From Candidatus Moranella endobia PCIT (GTDB lineage: Bacteria > Pseudomonadota > Gammaproteobacteria > Enterobacterales > Enterobacteriaceae), in the NCBI RefSeq assembly GCF_000219175.1, contig NC_015735.1, forward strand, positions 330,001-362,000: a stretch of DNA of 32,000 nt. The letters are read 5' to 3'. The notes under the pieces were generated by a model. That model did not search any database. It saw only the letters and a list, made by a program, of their open reading frames with translations, and was not told where the DNA came from. Of the stretch, positions 10,255 to 19,829 are shown piece after piece. The position numbers and the translations under genes are program-made. Position 1 is the first letter of the stretch. Each line of letters starts with the position of its first letter.

Positions 10255-10339
10255 GCGGGAGTGGCGAAATTGGTAGACGCACCAGATTTAGGTTCTGACG
10301 CCGCATGGTATGCGAGTTCAAATCTCGCCTCCCGCACCA
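10255..10339 (+). tRNA. leuW: tRNA-Leu (anticodon UAG)
   Basis: GCGGGAGTGGCGAAATTGGTAGACGCACCAGATTTAGGTTCTGA...CTCGCCTCCCGCACCA is near-identical to E. coli leuW. It has a long variable arm and an encoded CCA. Position 27:43 is a C-A mismatch. Confidence 0.95.
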
Positions 10340-10361
10340 TAATTTTTTGGTGTGCAGCGTA

Positions 10362-10436
10362 TGGGATATAGCCAAGCGGTAAGGCAGCGGGTTTTGATCC
10401 CGCCACACCCAGGTTCGAATCCTGGTATCCCAGCCA
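10362..10436 (+). tRNA. glnU: tRNA-Gln (anticodon UUG)
   Basis: TGGGATATAGCCAAGCGGTAAGGCAGCGGGTTTTGATCCCGC...GGTTCGAATCCTGGTATCCCAGCCA. The cloverleaf is intact, with a compensatory A-T change in the acceptor stem relative to E. coli. CCA is encoded. Confidence 0.95.
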
Positions 10437-10494
10437 ATGTTATCTAAAATACAAGAGCTTTGTAATCAAATTGATTACAAAATAGTTAAACTAT

Positions 10495-10571
10495 GGCTAC
10501 GTAGCTCAGTTGGTTAGAGCACAGCACTCATAATGCTGGGGTCACAGGTTCGATTCCCGTCGTAGCTACCA
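10495..10571 (+). tRNA. metU: elongator tRNA-Met (anticodon CAU)
   Basis: GGCTACGTAGCTCAGTTGGTTAGAGCACAGCACTCATAATGCTGGGGTCACAGGTTCGATTCCCGTCGTAGCTACCA closely matches E. coli metT/metU. The first acceptor pair is G1-U72 rather than G-C. Confidence 0.93.
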
Positions 10572-10579
10572 CCATATTG

Positions 10580-10654
10580 TGGGGTATAGCCAAGCGGTAA
10601 GGCACCGGATTCTGATTCCGGCATCCCCAGGTTCGAATCCTGGTACCCCAGCCT
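10580..10654 (+). tRNA. glnV: tRNA-Gln (anticodon CUG)
   Basis: TGGGGTATAGCCAAGCGGTAAGGCACCGGATTCTGATTCCGGCATCCCCAGGTTCGAATCCTGGTACCCCAGCC. The 3' end reads GCCT, so the terminal A of CCA is not encoded. Confidence 0.92.
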
Positions 10655-10675
10655 TCAATTATTTTCCAATGTTGC

Positions 10676-10697
10676 ATGCAGTTTTTGCATTGTTTTT
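10676..10697 (+). terminator. weak intrinsic-terminator candidate after the tRNA operon
   Basis: ATGCA-GTTTT-TGCAT (5-bp stem) is followed by TGTTTTT. An alternative 5-bp CAATG/CATTG pairing exists. The stem is short, so confidence is low. Confidence 0.3.
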
Positions 10698-10972
10698 ATG
10701 CCGAATATTGAGTTACAGTTAAATAATTATACTTCTCACGCAACAATATAAAGAGGTGTCTGTGTCATTTAGTTCTTATTATCATCTCAACGAGAAGATC
10801 GTAATTGTTGGCATCAGCCGCCAATACAATATTGACTTTTATAAGTTGGTAATAAGTTAAATTTTCTGCTGGTTTTTACGAACTACCGGCGCTGGTAGAC
10901 TACATTGCTTGTATGATATTGATGTTTATACCAGTTTATTATGGAATCTGCTCTTGTTGAACCTAACTAAGT

Positions 10973-12697
10973 ATGCGTACTAGCCAATATCTTCTGGCTA
11001 CCATCAAGGACATTCCCACTGATGCTGACTTGATTAGTCATCAGCTGATGCTACGAGCTGGTATGATTCGCAAACTAGCTTCCGGTCTTTATAACTGGCT
11101 ACCTACTGGTTTACGTGTACTGCGTAAAGTAGAAAATATCGTGCGGGAAGAAATGAACAAAGCCGGTGCAATTGAATTATCCATGCCGGTAGTACAGCCA
11201 GCAGCTTTGTGGAAGGAAAGTGGACGTTGGTTTCAATATGGTCCGGAACTGCTAAGGTTTGCTGACCGCGGCACGCGCCAGTTAGTACTTGGCCCAACGC
11301 ATGAAGAGGTGATAACTGATCTCATTCGCAATGAGATCAGTTCTTACAAGCAGTTGCCGTTGAATTTCTATCAGATACAAACTAAATTTCGTGACGAAAT
11401 ACGACCGCGTTTCGGCGTCATGCGCTCGCGGGAGTTTGTAATGAAAGATGGCTATTCCTTCCATACTAGCCAAGATTCGCTAAATAATACCTATAACGCG
11501 ATGTATAATGCGTATAGTGCTATTTTCACACGTATGGGGTTGGAGTTCCGTGCGGTACATGCAGAAACAGGCTCCATCGGAGGTAGCACATCCCACGAGT
11601 TTCAGGTTATAGCTGACAGCGGTGAGGACGAGATTGTTTTCTCGACAGCATCAAATTACGCCGCCAATATCGAATTGGCCGAGGCTGTCGCCCCGAGCGT
11701 CATGCGCGCCACTCCTGGAGAAAAAATGCGACTAGTGGATACACGAGATATCCATACCATCGCTGAACTGGTGGCACACTTTGCGCTTCCGCTGGAAAAA
11801 ACTGTTAAAACGCTGTTAGTACGCGCCAGAAAAGACACTGGTCATCAACTTGTTGCGCTGATAGTACGTGGCGATCATCAGCTAAATTACGTTAAAGCGG
11901 AGAAATTGCCGCAGGTCGCCGTCCCACTGACATTTGCCCAAGAAGAGGAACTCAACTTGGTATTCGGCACCGAACTCAGTTTTTTTGGTCCGGTGAATAT
12001 GAAACTGCCGCTAGTCATCGACCACAGCGTGGCGGCAATGAGTGACTTTGTTGCCGGTGCTAACATAAATGGTAAACATTTTTTTGGAATTAACTGGGAA
12101 CGAGATTTGCCGCTGCCCCAGGTAGCTGATCTGCGCAAAGTTGTCGACGGTGATCTCAGTCCTGACGGTGAAGGATATCTGCAAATTAAGCGCGGAATTG
12201 AAGTAGGTCATCTCTTCCAGCTAGGCACAAAATATTCAGAAGTTATGAAAGCAACCGTTCAGGTTGACCAAGATCATCATCAAACGCTGATTATGGGCTG
12301 CTACGGCATAGGTATCACCCGCATAGTAGCAGCAGCTATCGAGCAAAACCATGACGAGCATGGTATTTTGTGGCCAGAGGCACTGGCACCTTTCAATGTT
12401 GCTATTTTACCAATGAATATGCATAAATCCTGCCGTGTTAAAAATATAGCGGAAAACCTTTATCAGCAGCTTCAGATGCGAGGTTTCGATGTTCTTCTAG
12501 ATGACCGCGAAGAGCGCCCTGGCGTCATGTTTACTGATATGGAACTAATCGGTGTACCACATCAGTTGATCATAGGCGATCGTCATCTCTATAAAGAAGA
12601 AATAGAGTATAAAAATCGTTGCAACGGTAATAGATGTATAATGAATATCAGTTTGATTGTTGACTTTTTAACAAAGAAAATTACTACAGCTAGCTAA
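10973..12697 (+). CDS. proS: proline--tRNA ligase
   Basis: 574 aa, collinear with E. coli ProS (572 aa): [10 protein letters not shown], class II motifs ([26 protein letters not shown], GCYGIGxTR) and the inserted editing domain. Confidence 0.95.
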   Translation: MRTSQYLLATIKDIPTDADLISHQLMLRAGMIRKLASGLYNWLPTGLRVLRKVENIVREEMNKAGAIELSMPVVQPAALWKESGRWFQYGPELLRFADRGTRQLVLGPTHEEVITDLIRNEISSYKQLPLNFYQIQTKFRDEIRPRFGVMRSREFVMKDGYSFHTSQDSLNNTYNAMYNAYSAIFTRMGLEFRAVHAETGSIGGSTSHEFQVIADSGEDEIVFSTASNYAANIELAEAVAPSVMRATPGEKMRLVDTRDIHTIAELVAHFALPLEKTVKTLLVRARKDTGHQLVALIVRGDHQLNYVKAEKLPQVAVPLTFAQEEELNLVFGTELSFFGPVNMKLPLVIDHSVAAMSDFVAGANINGKHFFGINWERDLPLPQVADLRKVVDGDLSPDGEGYLQIKRGIEVGHLFQLGTKYSEVMKATVQVDQDHHQTLIMGCYGIGITRIVAAAIEQNHDEHGILWPEALAPFNVAILPMNMHKSCRVKNIAENLYQQLQMRGFDVLLDDREERPGVMFTDMELIGVPHQLIIGDRHLYKEEIEYKNRCNGNRCIMNISLIVDFLTKKITTAS

Positions 12698-12787
12698 ATG
12701 ATACTTGCGATTGTATTATAATTTGATAGTAAGTAGTAAAAACGTAATACGGCGTAGAATATTAATGTTTATATTGCATCATCGTAG

Positions 12788-12816
12788 ATGACAAGCGCTT
12801 GGAAAATCCCTATACT
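12788..12816 (+). promoter_or_regulatory. promoter candidate for rnpB
   Basis: ATGACA (12788..12793), a 17-nt spacer, then TATACT (12811..12816). The predicted mature 5' end of RNase P RNA at 12824 lies 7 nt downstream. Confidence 0.45.
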
Positions 12817-12823
12817 CCTACTA

Positions 12824-13197
12824 GGAGTTAACCAGACAGTCGCTGCTTTACCGTTGTCCCAATATGGGAAACGGGGTGGGGGAGGAAAGTCCGGGCTCCA
12901 TAGGGCAGGGTGCCAGGTAACGCCTGGGAGGTGTAAACCTACGACAAGTGCAACAGAGAGAAAACCGCCTATGGCCCCTAACGGGATCAGGTAAGGGTGC
13001 AAGGGTGCGGTAAGAGCGCACCGCGCGGCTGGTAACAGTTCGCGGCACGGTAAACTCCACCCGGAGCAAGGCCAAATAGAGGTTCTCATGGTATGGCCCG
13101 TACTGAACCCGGGTAGGCTGCTTGAGCTAGTGCGTGAGTACTGGCCTAGATGAATGACTGTCCACGACAGAACCCGGCTTAACGGTTAACTCCATTA
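12824..13197 (+). ncRNA. rnpB: RNase P RNA (type A M1 RNA)
   Basis: Long blocks are identical or near-identical to E. coli M1 RNA: GGAGGAAAGTCCGGGCTCCATAGGGCAGGGTGCCAGGTAACGCCTGGG, GTGCAACAGAGAG, GGGTGCGGTAAGAGCGCACCGCGCGGCTGGTAACAG, GGCACGGTAAACTCCACCCGGAGCAAGGCCAAATAG, GCCCGTACTGAACCCGGGTAGGCTGCTTGAGC and GGCCTAGATGAATGACTGTCCACGACAGAACCCGGCTTA. P1 pairing GGAGTTAACC / GGTTAACTCC defines the ends. Confidence 0.94.
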
Positions 13198-13436
13198 CTC
13201 AGTTAAACCTACCTACATCTTAAGTACATACCCCATTTAAAATGTTGATATTATAGCTGGTTGGGGTTACTCAGGCGCTGATCGTGCGTTCTATCTAGCC
13301 AATAATTATTTGTGATAAATCTAAATACCCAAAGTTTTACCGAATATAGGTATGTGTTTTAGGTAAGATTTCACACCTACTACAAAAATCAATCAAATAT
13401 TAATATTATGCGGCTTGTATGCCGTACTATTACATT

Positions 13437-13469
13437 CCGCGCCATGCAGCGCGGGTTAGCATGGTTTTT
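13437..13469 (+). promoter_or_regulatory. two mutually exclusive hairpins abutting the argH SD; the second resembles a terminator
   Basis: Hairpin A is CCGCGC (13437..13442) / GCGCGG (13449..13454) with loop CATGCA. Hairpin B is CCATGC (13442..13447) / GCATGG (13459..13464), followed directly by TTTTT (13465..13469) and then AGGAG. The 5' arm of B lies in the loop and arm of A. Confidence 0.3.
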
Positions 13470-13482
13470 AGGAGATTAGTTT

Positions 13483-14880
13483 ATGGCACTGTGGGGCGGA
13501 AGGTTCAGCCAGGTTTCAGATCAACGTTTTAAATCTTTTAATGACTCACTTTGTTTCGACTATCGCTTAGCTGAACAGGATATTATTAGTTCGTTAGCTT
13601 GGTCCCGCGCTTTGGTTACCGTAGGTGTGTTGAGCGAATATGAGCAAAAACAGGTGGAAGATGCTTTAAACATCATCTTGGAAGAAGTGCATACCACGCC
13701 GGATGCCATCCTTACCAGCGCGGCGGAAGATATTCACAGCTGGGTTGAACAACGATTGATTGAAAAAGTTGGTGACTTAGGTAAGAAGTTACATACCGGA
13801 CGCAGTCGTAACGATCAGGTAGCAACTGATCTTAAATTATGGTGCAAAGCACAAGTAACAGAATTACTTAGCGCAATACGGAAATTACAGCAAGCACTGG
13901 TGTTAACTGCCGAGGCAAATCAAGACGTGGTAATGCCAGGCTATACCCATTTGCAACGTGCGCAACCAATTACTTTTGCCCATTGGAATCTAGCATACTA
14001 TGAAATGTTGTCACGTGATGAAAGCCGCCTTATGGATACATTAACACGGCTGGACGTAAGTCCGCTAGGTACCGGTGCGCTAGCTGGTACAGCCTACGCT
14101 ATCGATCGCGATCGGTTAGCTGGCTGGCTAGGTTTTGCTGGTGCCACCCGCAATAGTCTGGATAGCGTTTCCGATCGCGATCATGTTATAGAATTGATAT
14201 CTGACGCGGCAATTGGAATGGTACATCTATCCCGTTTTTCCGAGGATCTGATTTTCTTTAACACTGGCGAAGCAGGATTTATAGAATTATCCGATAGTGT
14301 CACATCCGGCTCATCGCTAATGCCACAAAAGAAAAATCCAGATGCGTTGGAACTGATCCGGGGTAAATGTGGGAGGGTACAAGGCGCACTAACCAGTATT
14401 ATGATGACCCTAAAGGGATTACCGCTAGCATACAATAAAGATATGCAAGAAGATAAAGAAGGGCTATTTGACGCACTGGATACATGGCTGGACTGCCTAC
14501 ACATAGCAACACTGGTACTCGATGGTATGCAACTTAAAGCCACAATTTGCCGGGAAGCAGCGCAGCAAGGTTATGCTAATGCGACTGAGCTTGCGGATTA
14601 TTTGGTGGCAAAAGGTATTCCCTTTCGCGAGGCGCACCATATTGTTGGTAAAGTAGTGGTAGAAGCCATTCGCATTGGACTTCCCTTAGAGGCTATACCA
14701 CTGGTACAACTGCAGGCATTCAGTACGGTTATAGACCTGGATGTTTATCCAGTACTAGCTTTGTCATCATGTCTTGCGCAACGTCATGCTAAAGGTGGTG
14801 TAGCGCCAGAACAGATCGCGCAGGCTATCTTGGAAGCAAAACAGTCTCTGAGAAGCAAAATAGCGGTTGATGTAAATTAG
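13483..14880 (+). CDS. argH: argininosuccinate lyase
   Basis: 465 aa, collinear with E. coli ArgH ([63 protein letters not shown]). SD AGGAG lies 8 nt upstream. Confidence 0.95.
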   Translation: MALWGGRFSQVSDQRFKSFNDSLCFDYRLAEQDIISSLAWSRALVTVGVLSEYEQKQVEDALNIILEEVHTTPDAILTSAAEDIHSWVEQRLIEKVGDLGKKLHTGRSRNDQVATDLKLWCKAQVTELLSAIRKLQQALVLTAEANQDVVMPGYTHLQRAQPITFAHWNLAYYEMLSRDESRLMDTLTRLDVSPLGTGALAGTAYAIDRDRLAGWLGFAGATRNSLDSVSDRDHVIELISDAAIGMVHLSRFSEDLIFFNTGEAGFIELSDSVTSGSSLMPQKKNPDALELIRGKCGRVQGALTSIMMTLKGLPLAYNKDMQEDKEGLFDALDTWLDCLHIATLVLDGMQLKATICREAAQQGYANATELADYLVAKGIPFREAHHIVGKVVVEAIRIGLPLEAIPLVQLQAFSTVIDLDVYPVLALSSCLAQRHAKGGVAPEQIAQAILEAKQSLRSKIAVDVN

Positions 14881-14981
14881 TAAATTAATTGTTGTAGTTT
14901 GCGTTAAAATTGCACCAACTAGTCAGATTGAACAGCTATAAAGTTGTTTAGTAAACACTGTTACAACTATAAATAGAGACC

Positions 14982-15611
14982 ATGATTATGAACTTTACGC
15001 TACCTTACCTGCCTTATAGCTATGAGGCTATGGAACCTCATATTGACAAAGAAACAATGAGGATTCATCATACCAAACACCACCAAGCATATGTCAATAA
15101 TGCAAACATCGCCTTGGAAAACTTCCCGGATTTTGCCCATATGCCGGTTGACGAGCTTATTCAAAAACTTGATCAGATCCATGCGAACAACCAAACTTTA
15201 CTGTTACTACGTAATAATGCAGGTGGTCATGCTAACCATAGCCTGTTCTGGAATGGTTTAAAACAAGGTACTATCTTGCAAGGCAAATTTAAAAGTGCTA
15301 TTGAACATGATTTCGGTAATATTGAAGCCTTCAAAGAAACTTTCGAACAGTCTGCTGTAGCTTATTTCGGTTCTGGCTGGACCTGGCTTGTAAAAAAAGA
15401 TCTAAAACTGGCCGTAGTATCCACTGCCAACCAGGACAATCCACTTATGGGTGAAGCTATTTCTGGTACCGCCGGCTACCCAATTTTGGGCTTAGATATT
15501 TGGGAGCACGCTTATTATTTAAAATATCAAAATCGACGTACAGATTACGTCAAATCATTCTGGCACGTAGTAAACTGGGATGTAGCAGCCGCTCGTTTCA
15601 ATCAAGCCTAA
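14982..15611 (+). CDS. sodA: Mn-type superoxide dismutase
   Basis: 209 aa, collinear with E. coli SodA ([36 protein letters not shown], [13 protein letters not shown], [17 protein letters not shown]). The start could instead be the in-frame ATG at 14988. Confidence 0.93.
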   Translation: MIMNFTLPYLPYSYEAMEPHIDKETMRIHHTKHHQAYVNNANIALENFPDFAHMPVDELIQKLDQIHANNQTLLLLRNNAGGHANHSLFWNGLKQGTILQGKFKSAIEHDFGNIEAFKETFEQSAVAYFGSGWTWLVKKDLKLAVVSTANQDNPLMGEAISGTAGYPILGLDIWEHAYYLKYQNRRTDYVKSFWHVVNWDVAAARFNQA

Positions 15612-15649
15612 TTTATCCTCATCGCACTGTTTGTTTGCCAGCCTATCCT

Positions 15650-15690
15650 AGTTACCACCGTATCAGCAAGGCGATGATACGGTGGTAACT
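15650..15690 (+). terminator. strong hairpin downstream of sodA; possible terminator but lacks a U-tract
   Basis: AGTTACCACCGTATCA (15650..15665), a 9-nt loop, then TGATACGGTGGTAACT (15675..15690). The 16-bp stem is perfect and begins 39 nt after the sodA stop. It is followed by AAGAAGAACAAAAAA rather than a T-run. Confidence 0.45.
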
Positions 15691-15972
15691 AAGAAGAACA
15701 AAAAATAATGGTGAGGGAAGGTAAAGTATTGGAATATGTTGTGTGATTATTGCCGAATAAACTATTCGGCATATTAGATTAGATCCAGTGCTTATTTTGC
15801 AATATGTTGAATTATCAACAACTAACTATTATCACTAAGCAAGTTTGCTTATTGCTCCTACCCCCTATCGCACTGAAAAACGGTTGAGGTATAACTGAAC
15901 ATTTCCAGATATGCTGGGAAGAGCGCGCTAAATTATTCGTTGAAGGTGCTAGACAGCACAGAAAATAACACC

Positions 15973-17514
15973 ATGAACTTATTAAAAGTGTTGGCAGCTG
16001 TTAGCTCAGTAACTATTATTTCTCGCATTGTGGGTTTTATTCGCGATGTAATCGTTGCTAGCGTGTTTGGCGCAGGTATGGCAAGCGATGCTTTTTTTAT
16101 CGCTTTTAAAATTCCTAATTTGCTTCGTCGAATATTTGCCGAAGGAGCACTTTCACAGGCTTTTGTTCCAGTTTTGGCTGAATATAAGAGCCAGCAGGGC
16201 AACGTTTCCACCCGCCTATTTATTGCCTATATCGCTGGCTTACTAACGTTGGTGCTGACGCTAGTCACTGTCGCAGGTATAATAGCAGCACCTTGGATGA
16301 TTATAATCACTGCGCCGGGATTTACCGATACGCCAGAAAAATGCGCTCTAACCACCTCGCTGTTACGTTGCACTTTCCCCTATATTTTACTCATCTCCCT
16401 CACCTCGCTGGTTGGAACAATACTCAATACCTGGAGCCTGTTCTCGGTGCCAGCAGTGGCGCCAACGTTGCTTAACGTCAGTATAATTGGATGCTTACTA
16501 CTAACTGTACCGTTGTTTCATCCTCCGGTAATGGCCCTGGCCTGGGCAGTCATAACTGGTGGCGTTATACAATTTTGTTATCAACTGGCATACTTGAAAA
16601 AAATAGGCATGTTAGTGCTACCTAGGATACAATTACGTGATGCTGGTGTATGGCGTGTACTTCAGCAAATCGGACCGACAATGATCGGCTTTTCTGTCAG
16701 CCAGATTTCTCTGATTAGTAACACTATATTAGCTTCATTTCTGGTGTCAGGCTCAGTATCATGGATATATTATGCTGACCGTTTGATGGAATGCCCATCC
16801 GGAGTGCTAGGTGTTGCACTGGGAACCATTTTACTGACCTCGTTATCGCGAAGCATTACCTGCGACCATCAAGATGAATATTCCAGACTGCTGGATTGGG
16901 GACTACGCTTATGCTTTATATTAGCGTTGCCAAGCGCGGTGGCACTTGCAATTTTGGCATATCCGTTAACGGTAGCATTGTTCCAGTACGGTAAGTTTTC
17001 CGCCTTTGACGTTTTTATGACCCAGAGAGCGCTGACCGCCTACTCTATTGGTTTGGTTGGAATAATTTTGGTAAAAGTACTAGCGCCCGGATTTTACTGC
17101 TGTCAGGATATTAAAACACCTGTGCGGATGGCGATAATTACGTTGGTAATGACACAACTGCTGAACTTAACCTTTCTTAGTACGCTAAATCACGCCAGTC
17201 TGTCACTATCTATTGGTCTTGCTGCTTATCTAAATGCTGGTCTTTTATACTTGCAGTTACTTCGAAAAAAAATATTTCAGCCCCAGCCAGGCTGGCTTAG
17301 TTTTTTTTGCCGTCTAATGTTAGCCATAATTATAATGGCCGCGACGTTGGTCGGGCTGTTATCAGTAATGACAGACTGGACGCAGGGCTGCATGCCCTGG
17401 AGGCTGGTGCGCTTGATGCTTGTGGTATTGGTAGGTATTGTATTTTATTGCACTTCATTGTGGTGGTTGGGATTACGACCAAGCCAATTCAAACGCTCGT
17501 TACAGAATTACTAA
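15973..17514 (+). CDS. murJ: lipid II flippase MurJ (MviN)
   Basis: The ORF track starts at a TTG at 15940. The E. coli-like N-terminus [12 protein letters not shown] begins at the ATG at 15973 (513 aa against 511 in E. coli). It is a collinear multi-TM protein ([35 protein letters not shown], [26 protein letters not shown]). Confidence 0.92.
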   Translation: MNLLKVLAAVSSVTIISRIVGFIRDVIVASVFGAGMASDAFFIAFKIPNLLRRIFAEGALSQAFVPVLAEYKSQQGNVSTRLFIAYIAGLLTLVLTLVTVAGIIAAPWMIIITAPGFTDTPEKCALTTSLLRCTFPYILLISLTSLVGTILNTWSLFSVPAVAPTLLNVSIIGCLLLTVPLFHPPVMALAWAVITGGVIQFCYQLAYLKKIGMLVLPRIQLRDAGVWRVLQQIGPTMIGFSVSQISLISNTILASFLVSGSVSWIYYADRLMECPSGVLGVALGTILLTSLSRSITCDHQDEYSRLLDWGLRLCFILALPSAVALAILAYPLTVALFQYGKFSAFDVFMTQRALTAYSIGLVGIILVKVLAPGFYCCQDIKTPVRMAIITLVMTQLLNLTFLSTLNHASLSLSIGLAAYLNAGLLYLQLLRKKIFQPQPGWLSFFCRLMLAIIIMAATLVGLLSVMTDWTQGCMPWRLVRLMLVVLVGIVFYCTSLWWLGLRPSQFKRSLQNY

Positions 17515-17578
17515 AGAGTGTCTCGTATGCATCAGACGTGCTATTTGCTTATCGATTCTGGCAGTAATTTGCAGATAG

Positions 17579-19309
17579 TTACATTCTTTCAACAGTTTCG
17601 ATACCCAATAACTCTAGTCCTTGCTTCAGTATGCGCGCGGTTAGCAATGCCAGTTGGAGACGGCTTTGTCGTAACGTGTCATTCTGAGCATTCAGAATGG
17701 GACAAGTTTCGTAAAAGACTGAAAATAGCATAGCTAGGTCATAAAGATAGGCACATAACACGTGGGGTGTGCCATGTCGTGCTACTGTAACGATTGCCTC
17801 TTCCAACTGCAGCAGACGAACTGCTAGCTGTATTTCCTGTTTTGCCTCTAGCTTAATATGGCCGTTTAGCTGTTGCTCATCCTGGTAGCTGCGTTTTAAT
17901 ATCGATGCTATCCTGGTATAGGCATATTGCATATAAGGCGCGGTATTACCCTCGAAACTCAGCATATTGTCCCAGTTGAAAATATAATCAGTAGTGCGGT
18001 TTTTCGATAAATCGGCATACTTAACTGCCCCGATACCAATCACCTGAGCAATCCGTTCCAGCTCATTAGCTTCCATAGTTGGATTTTTAACAGAAATAAT
18101 TCTTCTAGCGCGTTCTAGCGCTTCGTCCAGCAGTTCAGTGAGCTTGATTACACCGCCGGCGCGGGTTTTAAACGGCTTACCGTCCTTACCTAACATCATA
18201 CCAAACATGTGGTGTTCAATGGGTACTGACTCAGGCACGTAGTTGGCTTTACGAACGATAGTCCACGCCTGCATCAAATGCTGATGCTGGCGTGAATCAA
18301 TATAATAGATAATTCGATCAGCTTTTAGAGTTTCGTAGCGGTATTTGGCACAGGCGATATCTGTTGTTGTATATAGGTAAGCGCTATCTTTTTTTTGGAT
18401 TACTACCCCTATCGGTTCACCATCTTTATTCTTAAATTCCTCTAGAAAAACCACGATGGCACCTTTACTCTCTACAGCCAGCCCTTTAGCCTTTAAATCC
18501 GCTACTATACCAGGCAACATAGCGTTATATAGACTCTCCCCCATAACATCATTACGCTTCAGCGTTACGTTAAGCAGATCATAAGTTTGTTGATTTTTCG
18601 CCATGGTAAGATCCACTAAATGACGCCACATACGCCGGCAATATTCATCACCAACCTGGAGTTTTACCACATAACTGCGGGCGCGTTCGGCAAAAGATGG
18701 CTCCTCATCATAATGATGTTTAGCAGCGCGATAAAAATTTTCTATACTTGATAGCTGCATGTCAGCTTCGCTATTTTTCTGCACTTTTTCTAGATAAGCT
18801 ATCAGCATGCCAAACTGCGTTCCCCAATCACCGACGTGGTTGGCCCTTATGACATTATGGCCCAAAAATGTCAGTGTACGCACTGATGCATCGCCGATGA
18901 TGGTTGAGCGTAAATGACCAACATGCATTTCTTTGGCAATATTGGGCGCAGAATAATCAACCACAATCGTCTGCGGAACGGCACTAGTCACCCCCAGACG
19001 CGGTGAGGCAAGAGCCTCAGTAAGCTGCTGAGCTAGCCAGTGTGGTTCGAGAAAAATGTTGATGAAACCAGGATCAGCGATATTAATTTTGCAGGCTATA
19101 CCGTTTAAGTCAAGCAAACCTACGACTTTTTCCGCTAGCGCACGGGGCCGCCAACCGTGCTGTTTGGCAAGCGCCATAACACCATTTACCTGATAATCAC
19201 CGTACTGAGATTTCGCTGATGGTCGAACCTGCGCTTCACAGTCAGTACTAGCACCTGCAGCTACAAGTACCTGCTTGATTTTGTTCGATATTAGTATGCG
19301 GATATTCAT
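17579..19309 (-). CDS. argS: arginine--tRNA ligase
   Basis: 576 aa, collinear with E. coli ArgS (577 aa). It has the HIGH-type motif [23 protein letters not shown], and the ending GIETVERM. Confidence 0.95.
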   Translation of the reverse strand: MNIRILISNKIKQVLVAAGASTDCEAQVRPSAKSQYGDYQVNGVMALAKQHGWRPRALAEKVVGLLDLNGIACKINIADPGFINIFLEPHWLAQQLTEALASPRLGVTSAVPQTIVVDYSAPNIAKEMHVGHLRSTIIGDASVRTLTFLGHNVIRANHVGDWGTQFGMLIAYLEKVQKNSEADMQLSSIENFYRAAKHHYDEEPSFAERARSYVVKLQVGDEYCRRMWRHLVDLTMAKNQQTYDLLNVTLKRNDVMGESLYNAMLPGIVADLKAKGLAVESKGAIVVFLEEFKNKDGEPIGVVIQKKDSAYLYTTTDIACAKYRYETLKADRIIYYIDSRQHQHLMQAWTIVRKANYVPESVPIEHHMFGMMLGKDGKPFKTRAGGVIKLTELLDEALERARRIISVKNPTMEANELERIAQVIGIGAVKYADLSKNRTTDYIFNWDNMLSFEGNTAPYMQYAYTRIASILKRSYQDEQQLNGHIKLEAKQEIQLAVRLLQLEEAIVTVARHGTPHVLCAYLYDLAMLFSVFYETCPILNAQNDTLRQSRLQLALLTARILKQGLELLGIETVERM

Positions 19310-19829
19310 CGAAATACCTTTGTGGCATGGATACCACGCTCTTCAAGCGTTAATGCTTGGCTAGCTATTATAGCATCAGCAAACAGTATATTTACGTAAT
19401 CGACCACCTCTCTTAATTTTTATTTTATTACTTATAATTCCATGTTTATAAAAACAGAGTTAATCTCATCCATTGTACTAAGTACTAAGGATGAAACATT
19501 TGAACAAAGCCGTATCAGATGATAAAATCATGGCTGCAGCAGCTATAGGTGATGTGTTGATCGCTTTGCTGCAGCATGCATGATTGTGCTATCGATATGT
19601 TTCAGCAGATATTTATGAAAACTAATTTTTTAGTTCTTTCCAAAGATTATTTTTGAACTAACTAACTTATAGTTAATTAAACTATATAAATATATAGGAT
19701 GTGCTTTTACATACAATTAACCTATGTACAAATATTGTGTTTATCTCAATATAAATAACTGGTGGTCTTATAGCTAGGTTTTAGCGTCAAAATTACTTAT
19801 TGCATACGATATCAATTAGGTAAAGGTAA

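Noticed and set aside
10011-10406. 131-aa minus-strand ORF
   Set aside because: It runs antisense through tRNA-Leu, tRNA-Gln and the tRNA promoter region. It has no SD and no recognisable protein similarity.
10655-10972. The tRNA cluster 3' flank, considered as an integration site for a genomic island
   Set aside because: No integrase or transposase ORF is present, I saw no duplicated tRNA 3' end (att-like repeat), and proS follows directly.
12769-13089. Three overlapping ORFs (106, 68 and 75 aa) on both strands
   Set aside because: They lie entirely inside the RNase P RNA gene, whose sequence matches E. coli M1 RNA block for block. GC-rich structured RNA commonly throws up spurious ORFs.
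19567-19578. 12-mer TGCTGCAGCATG shared between 19567..19578 and 28088..28099, plus paired GCTGCAGC motifs near 19533..19575
   Set aside because: Dozens of 12-mer coincidences are expected by chance in a 32-kb window when both strands are considered. The flanks show no extended similarity.
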